Source: Kondoa subrosea
Taxonomy: Eukaryota
DNA: 64,000 bases
Direction: 5' to 3'
Assembly (NCBI GenBank): GCA_039545335.1
Contig: BCIN01000007.1
Coordinates: 186,001-250,000 of the forward strand
Shown here: in pieces, positions 23,717 through 38,546 of the stretch
Position numbering within the stretch: the stretch's first letter is position 1
Layout of the letters: each line of letters starts with the position of its first letter
Translations under genes and position numbers: made by a program
The notes under the pieces: generated by a model
What the model was told of the DNA's origin: nothing
What the model saw: the letters and a program-made list of their open reading frames with translations, nothing else
Database searches by the model: none

Positions 23717-26700
23717 TCAGATTGACGCCCTTCCAAGCAAAGAGACCAAAGACTAGAGCAGAATGAGTCAAAAAGTCAATGCGCCGAAATGCAAGCACCT
23801 ACATCAACATCGTCTTCTCCAAGACTGTTGGCCAATGCAGCTCTCAGTGCTCCCATATCGAGCTTGGCCATTTTTGCTAAGCTTGCAGCGATCTGCGTGC
23901 CTTGCGCTTTGGTGACTTCTGCATCAATCTTGGCAGATGCCTTTTCGACCGTCGAAACAAAGCTTCGGTCGTCTGTCGTTGCATCAACGGAACTTGCTGA
24001 ATGAAGGATATGAAGGCGATCCGATCTTGACAGAGCAGAATCCGCCGCTGCTAATCGTGCAAGGACCGACTCTTCTGCCAATCTCCTCTTTATGCGCCAG
24101 AAGAAGTACCGTCGACTCTCACTCCAGTCCAAGATATCGCGAATAGTGTTTTTAGCCTTCATCCGTACAGGTGTATCATGGAGATCTGCAAAGTGGATAG
24201 CAATTTGACTGTATGTCGACCATAGAGCCTTTTCTCGTACAGCCAATTCGGACTTTAAGGAAGTAGCTTGTTCGGCTGATATCGAAGGATCAGCTGCTCT
24301 TGATTTGATGTCTCGGTAATTTGTGTCTAAACGGTCCATCATTGCGACCATCTTGTCTTTTCTGAACTTGATTTCGACAATGCCTTCTGGTTCCAGAACA
24401 CCAGCTCTGGCTGTTCGATCAGCATACCTAAATAGAGTATCAGTACCGTGAAATGGCATCGGATAGAAGAGCTAACATTTCCATCATACCGTTCTGGTTA
24501 ATCGAGGGATCAAGAACGACCCAGGCACCACCTCGTAATTCACCGTTTGGCACAATGTAGACAAAAGCAGGTTGTTTGTAGCTCGACAGTCCGTCGACGA
24601 TCCAAGAACCTCTGAATAGGATATTAGCCACGAAGTCGCCACAGCGCCGGAAGAACTAACCGCTTGAGCACTTCATCAAACATATCCTGCTGTCCACCAG
24701 AGAAACCTCTCCAGTTGGCAAAGATGATCAGAGGGAGGCCTTCTCGGTTAAAGTCCGCGATAGCTTGTGCGGTCTTGTGAGCCGAATTTGGGTACCAAAC
24801 TTGACCAGCTTCCATGACTCGTAATTCTTGAGATACTGGGTTTGCTGGATCGGCTGGCGATGTACGCTCAATAGTTCGTGTCTCGACTGAGATGACACCC
24901 AGAGGAATACCGCCTAAGCGACCTCGACCGACAACCTGTACTGCAAATGAGATCCCGTAATCAAAAGAGGGCTTTCAAAACTTACAACTGTCTGAGCCCA
25001 GCCTGATAGGGTCTCTTGGAAAGAGCCTTTGTCAAGGAAACCACTGAGGTAAGTGCCTTCTTCCTCTTTACCAGCCAAGAACCATCTCGGATCATACGCG
25101 CCTTTCGGCGGTGTGTATTCAATTCGACGATCCCAAGAGTCAGACGAAGGAGAGATGGGCAGAGGGGCGCCACGACGTTCCGGAACATAAGAAAGCCAGT
25201 TGACAATATGAGTGACACCTTCAAGGTCGTTTCCTGCTGTAAGGTGGGAAACACCATTCTTGTACATGATTTGCGTGCCTCCGAGTTGCAGATTAGAGCT
25301 GTAGACTTCCCTTCCGAGAACCTTGTTAAGAGCACCGGCACCAGTCAGGATGATAGGTTGACCTTCTACTTGTACCGTTCTTTGACCGAGGCGGACAAGA
25401 TAGGCACCAATACCGACCGAGCGACATGCCACGAGTGTGATGGTGAAAATGTCATCGTAAGCTCTTGATGTTTCTCCGGCTATCAGACCAGATCCTCGAA
25501 GTGATTCAACACCGAGCCCATCTTGAAGACCAACGATATCGGTGATCTTGTAACGAGTTTCGCCATTAACTTCAACAGGCTCACTGACGACACTTCCTTC
25601 GCCCTTCTGTCTGAGCCTACCATAGTCTTCTGATGTAAGGTAAATGTATTGGAATCCTTTCTCTGGTCGAGCTTCGTCGTTCCAAGCTGCCTTGAACATA
25701 TCGACAACCTCATCTGCTATACCGAGACGAGCTCCCGAGTTGGCTGAGAGGTAGATACGCGGGATTCCAAGTTCGCGAGCGAGTTGAGTTACGGCAAAGA
25801 AATAATCATCTTCTGGTGGACCGAAAGAACCGATCTTAAAGGTGATATCATTGGCGATGACAATAATACGACGTCCCTTTGGATACTCAGGAGTGTAAAT
25901 TGTGAAAATCCAGCCGACCATGCCGACGTTGTTGCTACCAGGTGCCCGCGAGACTTCTTGAGGTTTGCCAAATTCATCAAGCACAAGTTCGCTTGCTGTA
26001 AGAGGATTTGATGGCCCGGGAGAAGAGCTTGATTTCCAAACTTTGCGAAGAGCTTGTCGGAAAAGGTCAGGGAAATCGTAGCAGTATGTTGTGCCGACGA
26101 CGTGTGCTTTATATCTCTTTGGTTGCAACCATTCCTTGGTTGAGTAGCGATAGCTGACTGGTTGCAAGTGAAGGGCGCCTTGAGGACCAATGGATTTGAG
26201 GATAGTTCCCTTTTCAGTCGATATTTCTCGATAAGCTTCATACTTAACATTGAAGCCGGAAACATTCTCGATTATGGCTCGAATAGGCTGCGTGCCGCCA
26301 TTCTGGTCTTCAAGAACCATTCTTATTTCGCAAGCAGTGACTCGAAGTCTCCACAACCTCTTACCGTGACGATCAATAAATCCAGCCAGAGCACGCTGAA
26401 CTTCCTCGAAATCGATTCTTAAATTGTAGACGAAGTTGATAAAGAGATGGTTAACATCAGCTGAGCGATGAGAAGCACTTGCGACTTCGAGAATGTTCAG
26501 AATATCGTTGACGAGGCGACTGAGCAAGATAATCAGAACCAAGGAAATTCCGTCAGTAATTTGAACTCACTCAGTCTCGCTGACTAAATATTCTGCAACG
26601 CTCACGCCGCCACGCAGGCGACCAGGTCGAACCAAAGCACGTACGAAGAACCGCGCATCTGCGGTGTTTTCTTTTGCTGTTGCATAGTATACATGAATCT

Positions 26701-29700
26701 GATGATTCTCGACACCACAAGGGGTGAGGTTGAAGTTTTCCAAACGACCCAGTTCGAGCTGATAGGCCAGCGCAGGTTCGATATCGCGAATAGCACCAAT
26801 TTCGAGCCATGAGCCATCACTCTGGTATCGCAAAGTGAAGTAGGAAGGGTATTGACCAGTTCGGCAAATGATAAAAGAAATACGGCCAATGGATCTCTTG
26901 GACAATTCCGATGATAGCTCATTTGCTAGAGCAGTGAAGGTGGAAGCCCAAGCTTCGTTAGTCTTGTCCTCAGATTTGGCCGCAAGACGAAGAACTGCGT
27001 TGGCAACGTTGCGTGGTTCAGAGCCAGGACGTGACTGCGCTAGGCGACGACCTGAGTCGGGTAAATTGGCAAGAGCTCCAGGAAGCGATCGTTCCATTTC
27101 TTCCAAAGAGTCAGCAGAGAACATGATACCATGTCGTAGAGGTTCCTCTTCGGAGTTGTTGAGGATATAGGTGAGATCGGAGAAAGATCCAACTCGAGAG
27201 TGTTCTCCAAAGTTACCTGGGCCGACCTTTGGTGTTCCAGCAGCTGAGGTGCTGGTTCTTGCCATCTTGAAGCACCAATGTAAAGCCAGAGGATCATTGT
27301 CAATCGCATCAGCTTCAATATAATCGATGTTGGTGATGTTGTATGCTCGATAAGCCCGACGAACATAAGCTTCCAAAGCAGCCATTGAGATCCAGCTATC
27401 TGCGTTGCTGAAGAATGCCGGAAGAACGTCAAAGGTCGTGTAGCGAGAATCAATGAGTTCTCTGAGCACTTCAGCATCAGGTTCCCGGCCCTTAGCACGG
27501 GTTTCTCCGTAATGCGATGAGCTAGTAGCAGCTTTGAGAATTTGCTCCATTTGAGCTTGACGTTCATTGAGCGAAGGCATTTGGCAAGAAATAAGAACTT
27601 CTCTAGCTTTGAGTGCTACCTTGGCTGAAGCTTTATTGTCAAGAGCCGCAAGATCTCGAAGGAGAGGAGCAAAGTGTAGATCGACTGCACCTTGAGACGC
27701 TTCAGTGCGAATGTGCTCCAGCAAGACCATCATGAGATTGTTCTTGGAAGCGGCTCGAGAGTGAGAGAGCACCAAGGCGGCTACGACCTCAGGGTGGTCG
27801 CGATTGGCTTCACGGAGAGTTAAGATCACATCATCAGAAGCCCCGCTGAAAAGGGATTCAGTTGCCAAGTAATTGTTGAGAAGGTTGGCGATTGTGATCC
27901 ATTCGTGATCTGCAAGGCCTCGAGTGTAGCGACCAACGAGAACGTCGAAGCCAGACAGCGAAGACATGAAAGTACCACGATCTTGATCACGAACATTTTC
28001 GGAAATGTAACTTTCGATCAGACGATGAATTCTGCTTGAAGGGAATTCTGTTCCTTTTGTATGGGCTGCTTCAATGACTTGGCGAATGGATGATTCAAGC
28101 TTAGCAGGCATTCGACCGGACAAAGTGGAAAGAACTGCAGTTGATTCGCCGAAAGGAAGTTCTGGTTCACGCAACACTTGTACGAGTTCTTTGAAGGTAG
28201 GGTTTAGAACAGATTGGTTATCGAAACCTTGCAAGATGTTGGTCAAGGTTTCGTATAGATACTTGAAGCGCTGATGAGGCTTGGAGCCGACGATGCTCGG
28301 AAGACCCATAGGTGGTAAGAGACCTTCGAAAGGTTTGGCATGACGAACACGACCAGGATCGTCTAAAGTCAGAATACCAACAATGTCGCCTGGCTCGAGA
28401 GTGACACCAGCTTGTTTGATGAATTGAGGTGTTCCATCTTCACTTGCGATCAAAGGCATGTACATTTTCATGACCTGTGTCGGACGATCAGCATGCATAT
28501 CGGTAGTTATGAATTAGTCAACCTGCCTCAATCTCGGCATAGGCATCACCAGCAGCAAGGTGATCGCCACTCTCCACTAAGTAGCGAACCAATTTACCGG
28601 GACTTGGAGAGCGCAATTGAGTAGGATCGTTCTCTTGCTCGACCAAGCATGTCTTGTTATCGATCATGAGACGCAAAGCGCCGACTTCTTCTCTCCAGTA
28701 GACAGCATGAGAGCGACCATTTAGGAGAATGAGAAGACCGCCATCTGCTAGAGCTCGAACACCGACTGATGTCTTGCCGCCGTTGAGGTAAAGTGACCAC
28801 ATGGTAGCTGAAGAACGAGAAGCAGTAACGTTATACTTGACGTCTGTTGGCGCATGTAAGCAGCTACCTGTAATATCTAGTAAAACAGCTTACTCTCGTA
28901 AATGAAGTCGACTGTGAAGGCAGTCTTGAGCAGCTCTTTAGGAGGAACTTGACCCTTGTCCAAAGTCAATCGGAATTCAGCCATACAGCTTTCTGCAAGC
29001 AAATGAGCTTTCGTGGCAGCACCGCAAACGACAGCTAGAGTTGTTTCTGGCCGTTCCGCTGTCAGACGACTTGAGATGAGATTATCCAACCATCCAGTAG
29101 TGATTGTATTGGATTCGAAAGCTTCCGTTTCCAGTCTGTATAACATCCTTCAGCTTGTTCTGTCATTACAGTTGAGACTGATACTCACAGCTTGATCAAG
29201 TATTCGACTGTTGTTCGGAAATCACCACGAATAGACAATTCCTTTAAAGCAACAACCATGTTCTTCCTCGATTCACTTCGATCAGAACCATAAGCGAAAA
29301 TATGACCGAATTGAGAATCGGCAAATTCATGCAAACCACCGGCTGTTCCGACAGAGAAGTATCCCCAAACGTTGGTAGATGAACGGAAGTTGAGTTCTTG
29401 CAATGTTCCGGAAGAAGGCTTGAATCCCGCGTCAGGATTTTCTGCAGTAATTCGGACGGCTACCACATGACCGTGAGGAGAAGGTTTCCGTTGTAGTTCA
29501 GAAGAAGCTTCATCGGCGAAATCGAAGTCAATCTTGTTGTCGCCATGAGGTGAGACGCCATAAAGTATTCGAATATCGCGGATGCGATGAAGAGGTAAAC
29601 CCATAGCAATTTGAATTTGAGCGGCTGGCAAATTGACACCAGAGACCATTTCTGTTGTAGGATGCTCGACTTGAAGACGAGGGTTGAGTTCGAGAAAGTA

Positions 29701-31068
29701 GAAAGAGTCCGTAGCAGCTTCATACAAGAATCTGCTCACATCATCAGAGCTTAACTTTATAAACGCCCAGGCAGACAAACTCAGTAGTACCAGCTGATAC
29801 ATAGCCGACCAATTTGGCCAATCTCACAGCAGCCTTTTCCATCTTTTCGAATGTTGGCGCTTTGGCGATAGTGACCGGAGCTTCTTCAATAATCTTTTGA
29901 TGACGACGCTGAACAGAGCAATCACGTCCAAAGAGAGAAATAGCATTGCCGTATTGATCAGCTAGGACTTGTACTTCCAAATGTCTTGCTGCTCCAGCGA
30001 GCTTCATGATGAAAACAGGTGAGCCTGATTCACATTTTAGTAATGATCCACCTTCATGAACGAGTTACATACCTGGAACTTCACCAAGTACAGCGTTGAA
30101 AGATTGTTGGAAAGCTTCTTTGCTTTCCACTTTCCTAATACCTTTACCTCCACCGCCTTCAGAAGCTTTGATCATGACTGGCCAACCAATGTTTTCAGCT
30201 CTTTCCAATCCTTGCTCCCAGCTCTTGACGCAAGCTCGATCATAAGCTTCTTGAGGGACTTCCAAGAATCCACCTTGGCCAACCATGGTATCTTCAATTC
30301 CAGTTCCAGACCAAGCCATACAAGGTACATCCGCATGCTGAGCTACAATAGTGGAAGAGATCTTGTCTCCTAGAGAACGCATAGCTGAACCCGGGGGACC
30401 GATGAAGACGATTTTGTGTTTCGATGCATGAAGGGATTCAGGTAGACGAGGGTTTTCAGAAGCATGGCCCCTGCATAGAATCAATGAGAGACAGTCTTGA
30501 AGCAGGAACATGAGACTTGCCATCCAGCCCATACTGCATGTACACCGGTCCTTTCAGCAACATCGACAATTACATCCACATTGGCATAATTGTTGTTGTT
30601 GGTTCCTCCTGGTACTTCGACGTATTGATCGGCCATGCGAATATAATCGGCATTGACTCTGTGCGGAACCCGACAAGTAAGCACTGAACAGCGCAAAAGT
30701 ACATTGGGTCAAACGCACTTGAGATCTTCGGGAGTGGCCATGACAGTGAATTCAATAGCTCTTTCGTTCCCAAACGTTTCATAAGCCCATTTCCTAACTG
30801 ATCGGATCTCCTTCACAGCTGCTATTCCATTATTTGCAATCAAGACTTTGGTAATGACAGTGTGACCGCCTCGAGTGCGGACGAAATCAGCTACTCTAGA
30901 TGCTGGAGCTGTTGAAAGATCATTGCCGCCTAGTCCACACACAATTTAGCATTCTGTTATAATGCCAGCGAGGACATTCATGCGCATACCGATAAAATGT
31001 TGTACTTTTGAATGGTCTGGCTTGTCTTCCATTGCAGGAGAGGCAGAAGCAGAAGTAGAGGCTGCCAT
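23717..31068 (-). CDS. ACC1: Acetyl-CoA carboxylase
   Basis: BC domain ([37 protein letters not shown]), biotin site (E)VMKM, CT domains ([42 protein letters not shown]). Confidence 0.98.
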
Positions 31069-31548
31069 CCTGTTACAGAGCTTTGCTGCAAGTGTGCGGG
31101 AGCAGGTTTGCGGGTATCAATGCACACAATCGACTTGAAATTGAGTGACCTCTTTTGTTTTTGGGGAGTGCTGCAAGAACGAATAGGCAGCAGCAGTAGA
31201 TCCAACAGAGCACAGTAGAAAAGACACAGGCAGAGTTCAGCGAGTGATCAGCTCGGTGGTTGAAAATCTCTCAACCTCATGCATTCAACTTGCTGGGGTT
31301 CGGCAAAATCGGACAAGGGAGGACGCTCAAGAGATAAAAAGCTATAGACAGTTTGATAATTTCATGTTACATGTCCTTCGTTCTTCGTTTCCCCTTTCTT
31401 TCCCTTGTGCCGCTTCGAGGCGGTTCATTTCAGTTTGACTTTGTACATACAATTCGCAAGAAAAGAGTTCTGATACATTTCTAAGAGAGGTTGATTAGAG
31501 CTTGATGAGCAGTGTTTCTTTTGTGTCTAATTTGCTTCGCGTACTTGA

Positions 31549-34500
31549 CTAAACACTAGTAGAGAGACTTGCTTTGATGGCCGTAAAGAGTGTGAGATTA
31601 AAGAGACTATGGACAGCTTCGCTTGAGTTGAGTTTGATAGAGTCATATATCTTCTATATGTGCTGTCTTGGATCAACAGCAATGATTCCTGCAAACATTC
31701 GCCAAGGATATCTGTTACGTTATTTAGACTCAGTTTCGGCGAAGAAGAAAAAGATACTCACTTGTATTGATCGAGGAATTCAGCAGCAGCATCTGATAGA
31801 CGAGTCTTGACTTGATGTGAAACAGTGTGTTTCTCTTGACCGAGCACGAGGAAAGCCAAACCACGGAAGTTCTCCTTCTCCAGCGAATTGAGAAATTGGG
31901 CCACGACTGCAGCTAAGTCAGTCTGTTTCACTGAAATAGTAAGATGTACTCACGATCAGTAGCTTCTTCAGCATGAAGACCGCTGCAGACTAATATCAGG
32001 CTCGAAGTGCAAATTGAAGCACATAGGAACTTACTGCAGATCTAAAGCGACTTCTGTCCTTTCTTCCTGACTAGCAGCAGGTCCATCATTGTCCGCCACG
32101 CCCAAACAGATACCCAAAGTTCCACCCAAATCTTTTCCTCTCACTGCTCGATCAGCAACCGGATCCGCTCTTCCTTCTCTACCTTCCGATCCAGCCATGA
32201 CAGCGGCTTTGAGTGACGCTTTCCTTTCACTAACAATTTGACTAGCTGCATCTCTACCAGCTTGCAAGCGCTCGCTATCTTGAGCTTGAGCTTTTCGGGA
32301 CCATTCTTTAGCTCCAGCTCCATCTCCCTTTTTCCAGCAGTCTGCAGCTTTGGTCAATGATCTTGCTCGAGCTGCACCAAGTTCCAAAAAGACTTTTCGA
32401 TGAGCAGCATAAGATTCTGAGATATGATGACCTGTCGTTATAGTAGGTAGCAATTTAGGTGGTCTAAGTACAATACGAGGTGACGGTCGTCCAGCTTGAC
32501 GAGAAGAAAGGGAAGGAGGAAGTCGTCCGTATAGAGTACCAGCGCCAGGTAAGACGGGTGGTGATTTGTTGGACTTGACTGCTGAAGCCCAACGAGTAGT
32601 AGTTGGATCTTGTTGACGAGATCCGCGACCGGATGAGCCTAGCGTAGGGAAATCTTCGTCCTCATCACGATTTAAGCCCGAACCACTGCCCTCGCTGTCA
32701 TAGCCATCTCGAGATCCAGGTCCCCGACGTTCATTCGACATCTTCAGTCGAAGCAGAGCAACATCTTGAGCCAAATGAGGCGGTATCCTGTGTTGCCCTT
32801 GAGCTAGTGATGGGATGTGCAAGGGCGAGATAAACTTACATATGCATGAAATCGCATCGATCTGGGCCTTTCAGGCAATGACCCTTCAACCAAAATCGAC
32901 AAACAGCCTGATCATAGCATGAGCACAACCCTGAACCTTTACACAATTCTTGCTCACCTTTGATATATCATGATTATATCGGCAATCACTTCTCAAACAA
33001 TTACCTTGCAAGTAATATCTGCACACTCTGTTCGTAGCAGCAGAAGTAGAATAAGGAATCGCTACTCCATTGTTGTTGGGTCCTGGACTTCCGGTAGGTG
33101 TAACTGGTCTGGATCCCCATCTGGGACTACTCGCTCCGCTATGAGGTCGGATAGGGTACGAGTCCCTTGTGGGAGCCAGAAACCCAGCTCCAGGTAGAGG
33201 CATGCGTGGTACTGGATGGCGCATGGTCGGATCTTGATTCAAATTCATACCGTTTAATCGAATTGACAAAGGTTCGGCTTCGGGCGCAGAAGGTGGATTA
33301 GCGATAACGTATTCGATAGCTCGATCCACATCCCATGCGTTCTTGGATAAAGCTTCTTCTAGATCTGCAGGAGTGACCGAAGAATCGGCAAAAACTGAGC
33401 AGAGCAAATCAAGAGGTGTCATGGAATAAGCGAATTGCTGAACATGCTGAGCTGCGGAGGGCATTTCTAAAGCGGGATCGCTGGCATCCAACTTGGACCA
33501 GATATCGAAATCACCATCAGCCGACCAATCGGATTCGTCGGAAAGGGAGACAGCGTCAATTCTTGCTCCGCCGATCAGATCAGGAAGTTCAGTGTTGGTA
33601 TTGGAAAGGTCGTAGTTATCTTCTACTGAAGCTTCAGAAGAAGAAGAACCGGATGCAGACCATGGATCGCGAGGAATGGCTGTTTTCACTGCAGTGGGTG
33701 AAGTTTCGACAGTTGGAAAGAATGATCCAGCTACAGCGGCAGTAGGCGATTGACCTGGTAAGCCTGGCAATCGAGGAGTCCCCAAAGGCGATGCGTTGTA
33801 TCCCCAAATTGCTGAGGGCGAAGCAGGTGCTTGAGGTCTCGGTTTGAACTCCGATGCTTGCACGCTGAGGTGACGAATAGCGTTGGTGAGAGAGCTATCA
33901 TCGACCAGGGAAGGAGGTAAGACTCTACTGCTGAGAGGAGAAGGAGAGTGCGGGCGAGAGTCGACGCCGGATGTGGATATAACAGGGCCTTGACCTCTTC
34001 TGCTGAGCGATAGGGAAGAGCTGAAGCCTCTACGAAAAGAAGGTGAGCGAGAGACAGAAGGCCGAGTTGGGGTAGAAGGTCTTGAGAAGGTTTGACCAGT
34101 AGGCGAAACATCTTCTCTATATCGATGTAATATTTGTAGAACGACAGAGTCAATGTCCTGGAATGAGGATGAGCATGATCAATGGCTGACGGAATCGAGC
34201 AGAACATACTGCTGCCAAAGGGTCAGTTGCAAAGTATACAGTCAAGACCTCTTTCATAGCTTCGGGCTTGTCATCTTCTCCTATAGTGCTATCATTCAAG
34301 ATGTCCAAGATCTTCTGAGGTCTATCAACCACACAACAGATCGTCAATCAGCCCCGATTCAATTGAAATGCACATGCAAAGGTGCGAGCTTTGACGAGAG
34401 AACATACCGATCTTCATTGCTAGCTGCTGGAACCACCTTATCACTGCCTAGAGGACCGTCTTCATCGTCAAAGACATCAACCAGAGCTAGAGGCGTTCGC

Positions 34501-34559
34501 GGAGCTACGCTTGGCAAGATTGCAGACAAATAACTTCGAGTGTGCTGAAAGGGCATCAT
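31549..34559 (-). CDS. CCCH zinc finger / CUE-like / SMR domain protein
   Basis: PAM2-like LSVQASEFKP; CUE/UBA-like LEEALSKNAWDVDRAIEY; CRYYLQGNCLRSDCRYNH; ALDL|HGLHAEEA (Smr domain start). Ends approximate. Confidence 0.82.
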
Positions 34560-34793
34560 GTCAAAAGCAAGTATATAGAGCGTGGCTTGAGACGTGTGTG
34601 CACAAGCATGTAGGGCTCTTTGCCTCTGTGCGCAAGTGGTGGTCCGTGGCAAGTTCTCAAGGTGAAGCTTAAATTGGTCTCGAGGTCAAGTGATGAATTG
34701 TCGTCTTCCGCTGACTATTAAGACCGCGTAATACGATAGCAAACATCAAAGTAATGAAGTTGATCGACTCCCTTCGTGCATTGAATCGAGTCG

Positions 34794-36882
34794 CTACCAA
34801 TAATCACTTGACATTCTCGCATCTCCGTATCTCGGTAGAATCTCTTTCGCCTGATCTTTGAATTTGTATTCGACTGTTTCGGTACACTGGATGAGCTCCA
34901 TCATACTATTCTATAAGAACAGGAACACACTAAGATGATGTTGACCAAGATCGAAAGCATAGCCGAAACTCTTCTCGTTGTGATACGCGTCTGAAGGCCA
35001 AAAGCACTCGTCGTTGAACTCGTCTTCATCCTCGTCAGCAGCTAAAGGTTCCATCTGTTCATTGAGTCGAGCCCGACGATCTATTTTCAGCATGATCAGC
35101 TGACATTCGCAGCAATAAAGAACTAACTTACAGCCATGGTTTCCTCCCATGCGATCGACGTAGAAGCATTCTGTAGCAGCATAGAGTCTTTGTGTTTCAT
35201 CATGGAAGGCGAGCGATTGGACAGCATTGTTTCCGGTTGCGAGTTCGTAAATTGGCTTCTGTGCGCGGATCTAGATACAACTTTGTCATCAGAGATGCAA
35301 CAAAGAGTTCTGAGAGAGCTCACATCCCAAACTACAACCTGTTCGGACTTGTAGCCACCTACGAAAAGCATAGGCTGCGAGCTGATGTGAGTGTACGAGG
35401 CTGACTGCGTCAATTCTTGAGCTCCTTCGCAAGCACTCACTGGTACAGGTGTACGAAGATCGTATATATGAGCAATTCCATCTCCAGCAGTTGTTGAAAA
35501 GGTGTTTGGATCACCTGAACTGGAATCGAAGCTGGAGACGTGTGAGCCATGTCCGAAGTAGTAAGAAGTTGTCTTCATGGTTTCAATGTCCAGGGTGAAG
35601 CAAGTATTGCCTTTTGAGCAAATGAAAGAGGGCGAAAAGGTAGAAGAAGCATGTTGATGCCAATTTCCGATTCTCTCTTCCAGATTGACAGAGGAAGAAG
35701 CTGGTGATCCAGTAGACAATTCGATCTCCTCCATGTCATCATCCCGATTGGTTTCAATATTTTCCCTGTTCCGCTCTTCACCAATAATATCATCTCCATC
35801 TTCGCCATGCGTAGGCTGTTCTTGCATATTCCATATGTCTAATCGATCTCTGCCAGCTCGAATCAACTTCTGGTTACCTCCGCTACCAACGAGAGCCATT
35901 GGTCCGCGGACGGCACAATCCAGCATATGAACCGCGTTGTACTGCTCTCTGAGGTACTCTTCTTACCCAGTACCATACTTATAGCTTTTGATTCTATCAT
36001 CATCAGCTACATAGACCATTCTAGAACCAGCATCAAGAACCATTCGATCGGCTGTGCTGTCCAAGCCAAGGTTGATGACTATGCAGGCTTGTCGGCTGTC
36101 CGACATGTTATCAGATGTCAAGTCTGGATAGATTGAGACGATTGGATCGCGGTCCTTCCAACCACCAGCCGACAAGACAGCCATTGTATTGCCAGACAAG
36201 CGTAGATCGATAGGTAGTGGAATTCGTCTGGAGGCAGCTTCAAGGCGAGCTTGTTCTACAGCTCGTAAGGTAGGAGAAGAGGATGAGGTGCTTTTGATGT
36301 ACTCGAGTGAATCTTCTCGGAAAGCAGCAATTTTGGTAGAATGGGCACTCGGTCGAGATTCCAGTTTGTACTCAGGAGGTCCAGCCAAGCCACCCGAAGA
36401 CACCTTTGCTGCCAGACAAGAGTCTTGAGCGAAAGTGTGGGATAGAATCCGATGCGGAGCTTACCTATCAAATCTCGTGTGAAATCTCCCTCAGACATGC
36501 CTGGCCCACGTTCCGGTTTAAACATCATCAATATTGGTAACATCTTCTCCATCAGACCCGCTCCAGCTCCTGACTCGTTCACCTTATCCCTTACGCTATT
36601 TTGACAATAGGATGGCAGAAAGTCGTAGAGCTCGAGTTCCCCCTGGTAGGCAAAATCGACTACCTTCGATTCAAGAGCTGCTAGTTGCTTCTGCTCATCG
36701 ATGTTCAAGCGCTGAGAAGAGGGCAGATTGACCGTGGCCTTCAACAGATCCAGGAGCTCGGTTTACTGGTTATCATAATGCTCCTCTGTATGACTTCCAA
36801 GCTGATGAGGATCTTTAAGGAATTTCTTTGCTCGAGACTTGAGTTGTTTAATAGCTTGAGCAGCCTGAGAAGCGGGAGTCAT
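34794..36882 (-). pseudogene. WD40-repeat protein with two in-frame TAA stops (36763-36765; 35963-35965)
   Basis: WD-like motifs FGHGSHVSSF..TTAGDGIAHIYDLR and VGGYKSEQVVVWD; ATG 36882 is in frame across the first TAA; ORFs 35963-36403 and 35123-35926 share a frame across the second. Confidence 0.65.
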
Positions 36883-37239
36883 GCTTTTAAGAGAAGAAAG
36901 GAAAAGGCAGAAAGAAAGAACTTGAAAGTCGCAAGAGAGGAAAGCCTTTCAGGCAGGACAGTAATACAGAGCCAGTCCTAATCGCTACCTCAGAGCTAGC
37001 AGAAGCAAAACAGAGGCAAAGCAGACGACTTCGTCCACTGTGGTTGTTGAGAATAACCCTTAGTCAGCGAAAATCGCACGGTTTAATGTGCCCTAGCTCA
37101 AGTCGCGCTGCACGAGTATAGGACTTGCTTTACTCTACCTGGAGAATCATCGCTGTGATCGGAAAGTGAGCGCCTGACTTTTCTACGCGTCATCAGAAAC
37201 GCGTAGAAACGCGTAGATCATCCCTTCCTTAAAACAGCC

Positions 37240-38172
37240 ATGTCCAAAGACGCAATGCAAACTCTCACTTCCTTTCGATCAGCTCTCCGCGAAAGCAAGA
37301 ATATCGTAGCTTTAGCTGGTACGTGTTTCATACTTGCATGACTATTAGCCTAACCTACTTGCAAAAGGCGCCGGACTATCTGCAGCTAGTGGAATACCAA
37401 CATTTAGAGGTCCAGGAGGATACTGGCGTACTCATAATGCCATGTCCTTAGCTACACCTGAAGCCTTCTCCGCTAATCCATCGAGGGTATGGCAATTCTA
37501 CCATTATCGACAGACGAAAGCGAAAGAAGCAGAACCTAATGAAGCGCACAAGATACTAGCAAAGAGTGGAATTGATTTGATTACTCAGAATGTAGATGGA
37601 TTGTCCAGACGAGCGGGAAAGACGAAGGCTTTGTACTACGAAATGCACGGGTGAGTAGTGGGTACTCGGATCCGCAGTAGAGCAGCAGCTAAGAGAAGAG
37701 TAGGTGTATCTTCGAGACAATATGTACGGGTTGTGGACAGAGGGAGGAAGCGTCAACATGTCCAGCTTTGGAAGGATCAGAAGCCAGCTCAACAGAGTTC
37801 GATATCCCAGTAGCTGATCTCCCGCATTGCAAGTCGTGCTCGAAAAGCCGAAGCGGAAAGAAAGGGTTGTTGAGACCTGCAGTGGTTTGGTTCGGTGAAC
37901 AGCCGCGTTATATGAGCGAAATCGTGCCTCTATTGGAAAAGTGCGATTTATTGCTTGTGATCGGAACTTCCTCTACCGTTTATCCAGCTGCGGGTTTCTC
38001 GAATATAGTAAAGCAGAATGGAGGGAAAGTAGCTTCTTTGTGAGTGTCGAACTTATAAGAAGGGGATCCGCTGACTTAAGATAGCAATGTGGAATCTGGA
38101 GAAGAAGCAGTTGATTTTGAGTTTATTGGACCTTGCGAGGAGTGGTTGGCTAGAGCATTGAAGAGGGATTAG
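37240..38172 (+). CDS. NAD-dependent deacylase, sirtuin class III (SIRT5/CobB-like)
   Basis: [23 protein letters not shown] (YxxR acyl-pocket motif), [35 protein letters not shown]. Confidence 0.93.
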
Positions 38173-38546
38173 CAGCTTATAAGCTTGTTTGGACTGTTGC
38201 TGCACATAAAGTGTACCGTAGCGTATGACAGATCATGCCTTAAATGCAGATTGTACGCCGGGAGAAGAAGACAGTAGACAAAAAAATATCATACGGAAGC
38301 ACACAAAACCAGTCGGCGATTGGAACGAAGGCATTAGCGAAGAGACAGCAAAGCTCTAGCTCTTTTGGACAAGCATTGACTCTTTTTGCTTGTAAGAATC
38401 GTTCAGCTCTCGAAAATCTTCCGTACGGTAACGACATCCACATCTGGCTGCGCCTTGCCGCGAAATCCAACTGGAATTCGAATAAAGCCTCCAGTTGCTC
38501 AGCCTCTTTCTGCCTCTTCTTCTCCTGATTCATCAACCTGCAGAAG

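Noticed and set aside
30461..30475. AGCATGGCCCCTGCA resembling U6 snRNA
   Set aside because: It is the antisense of the ACC1 GHASENP exon boundary and no other U6 elements flank it.
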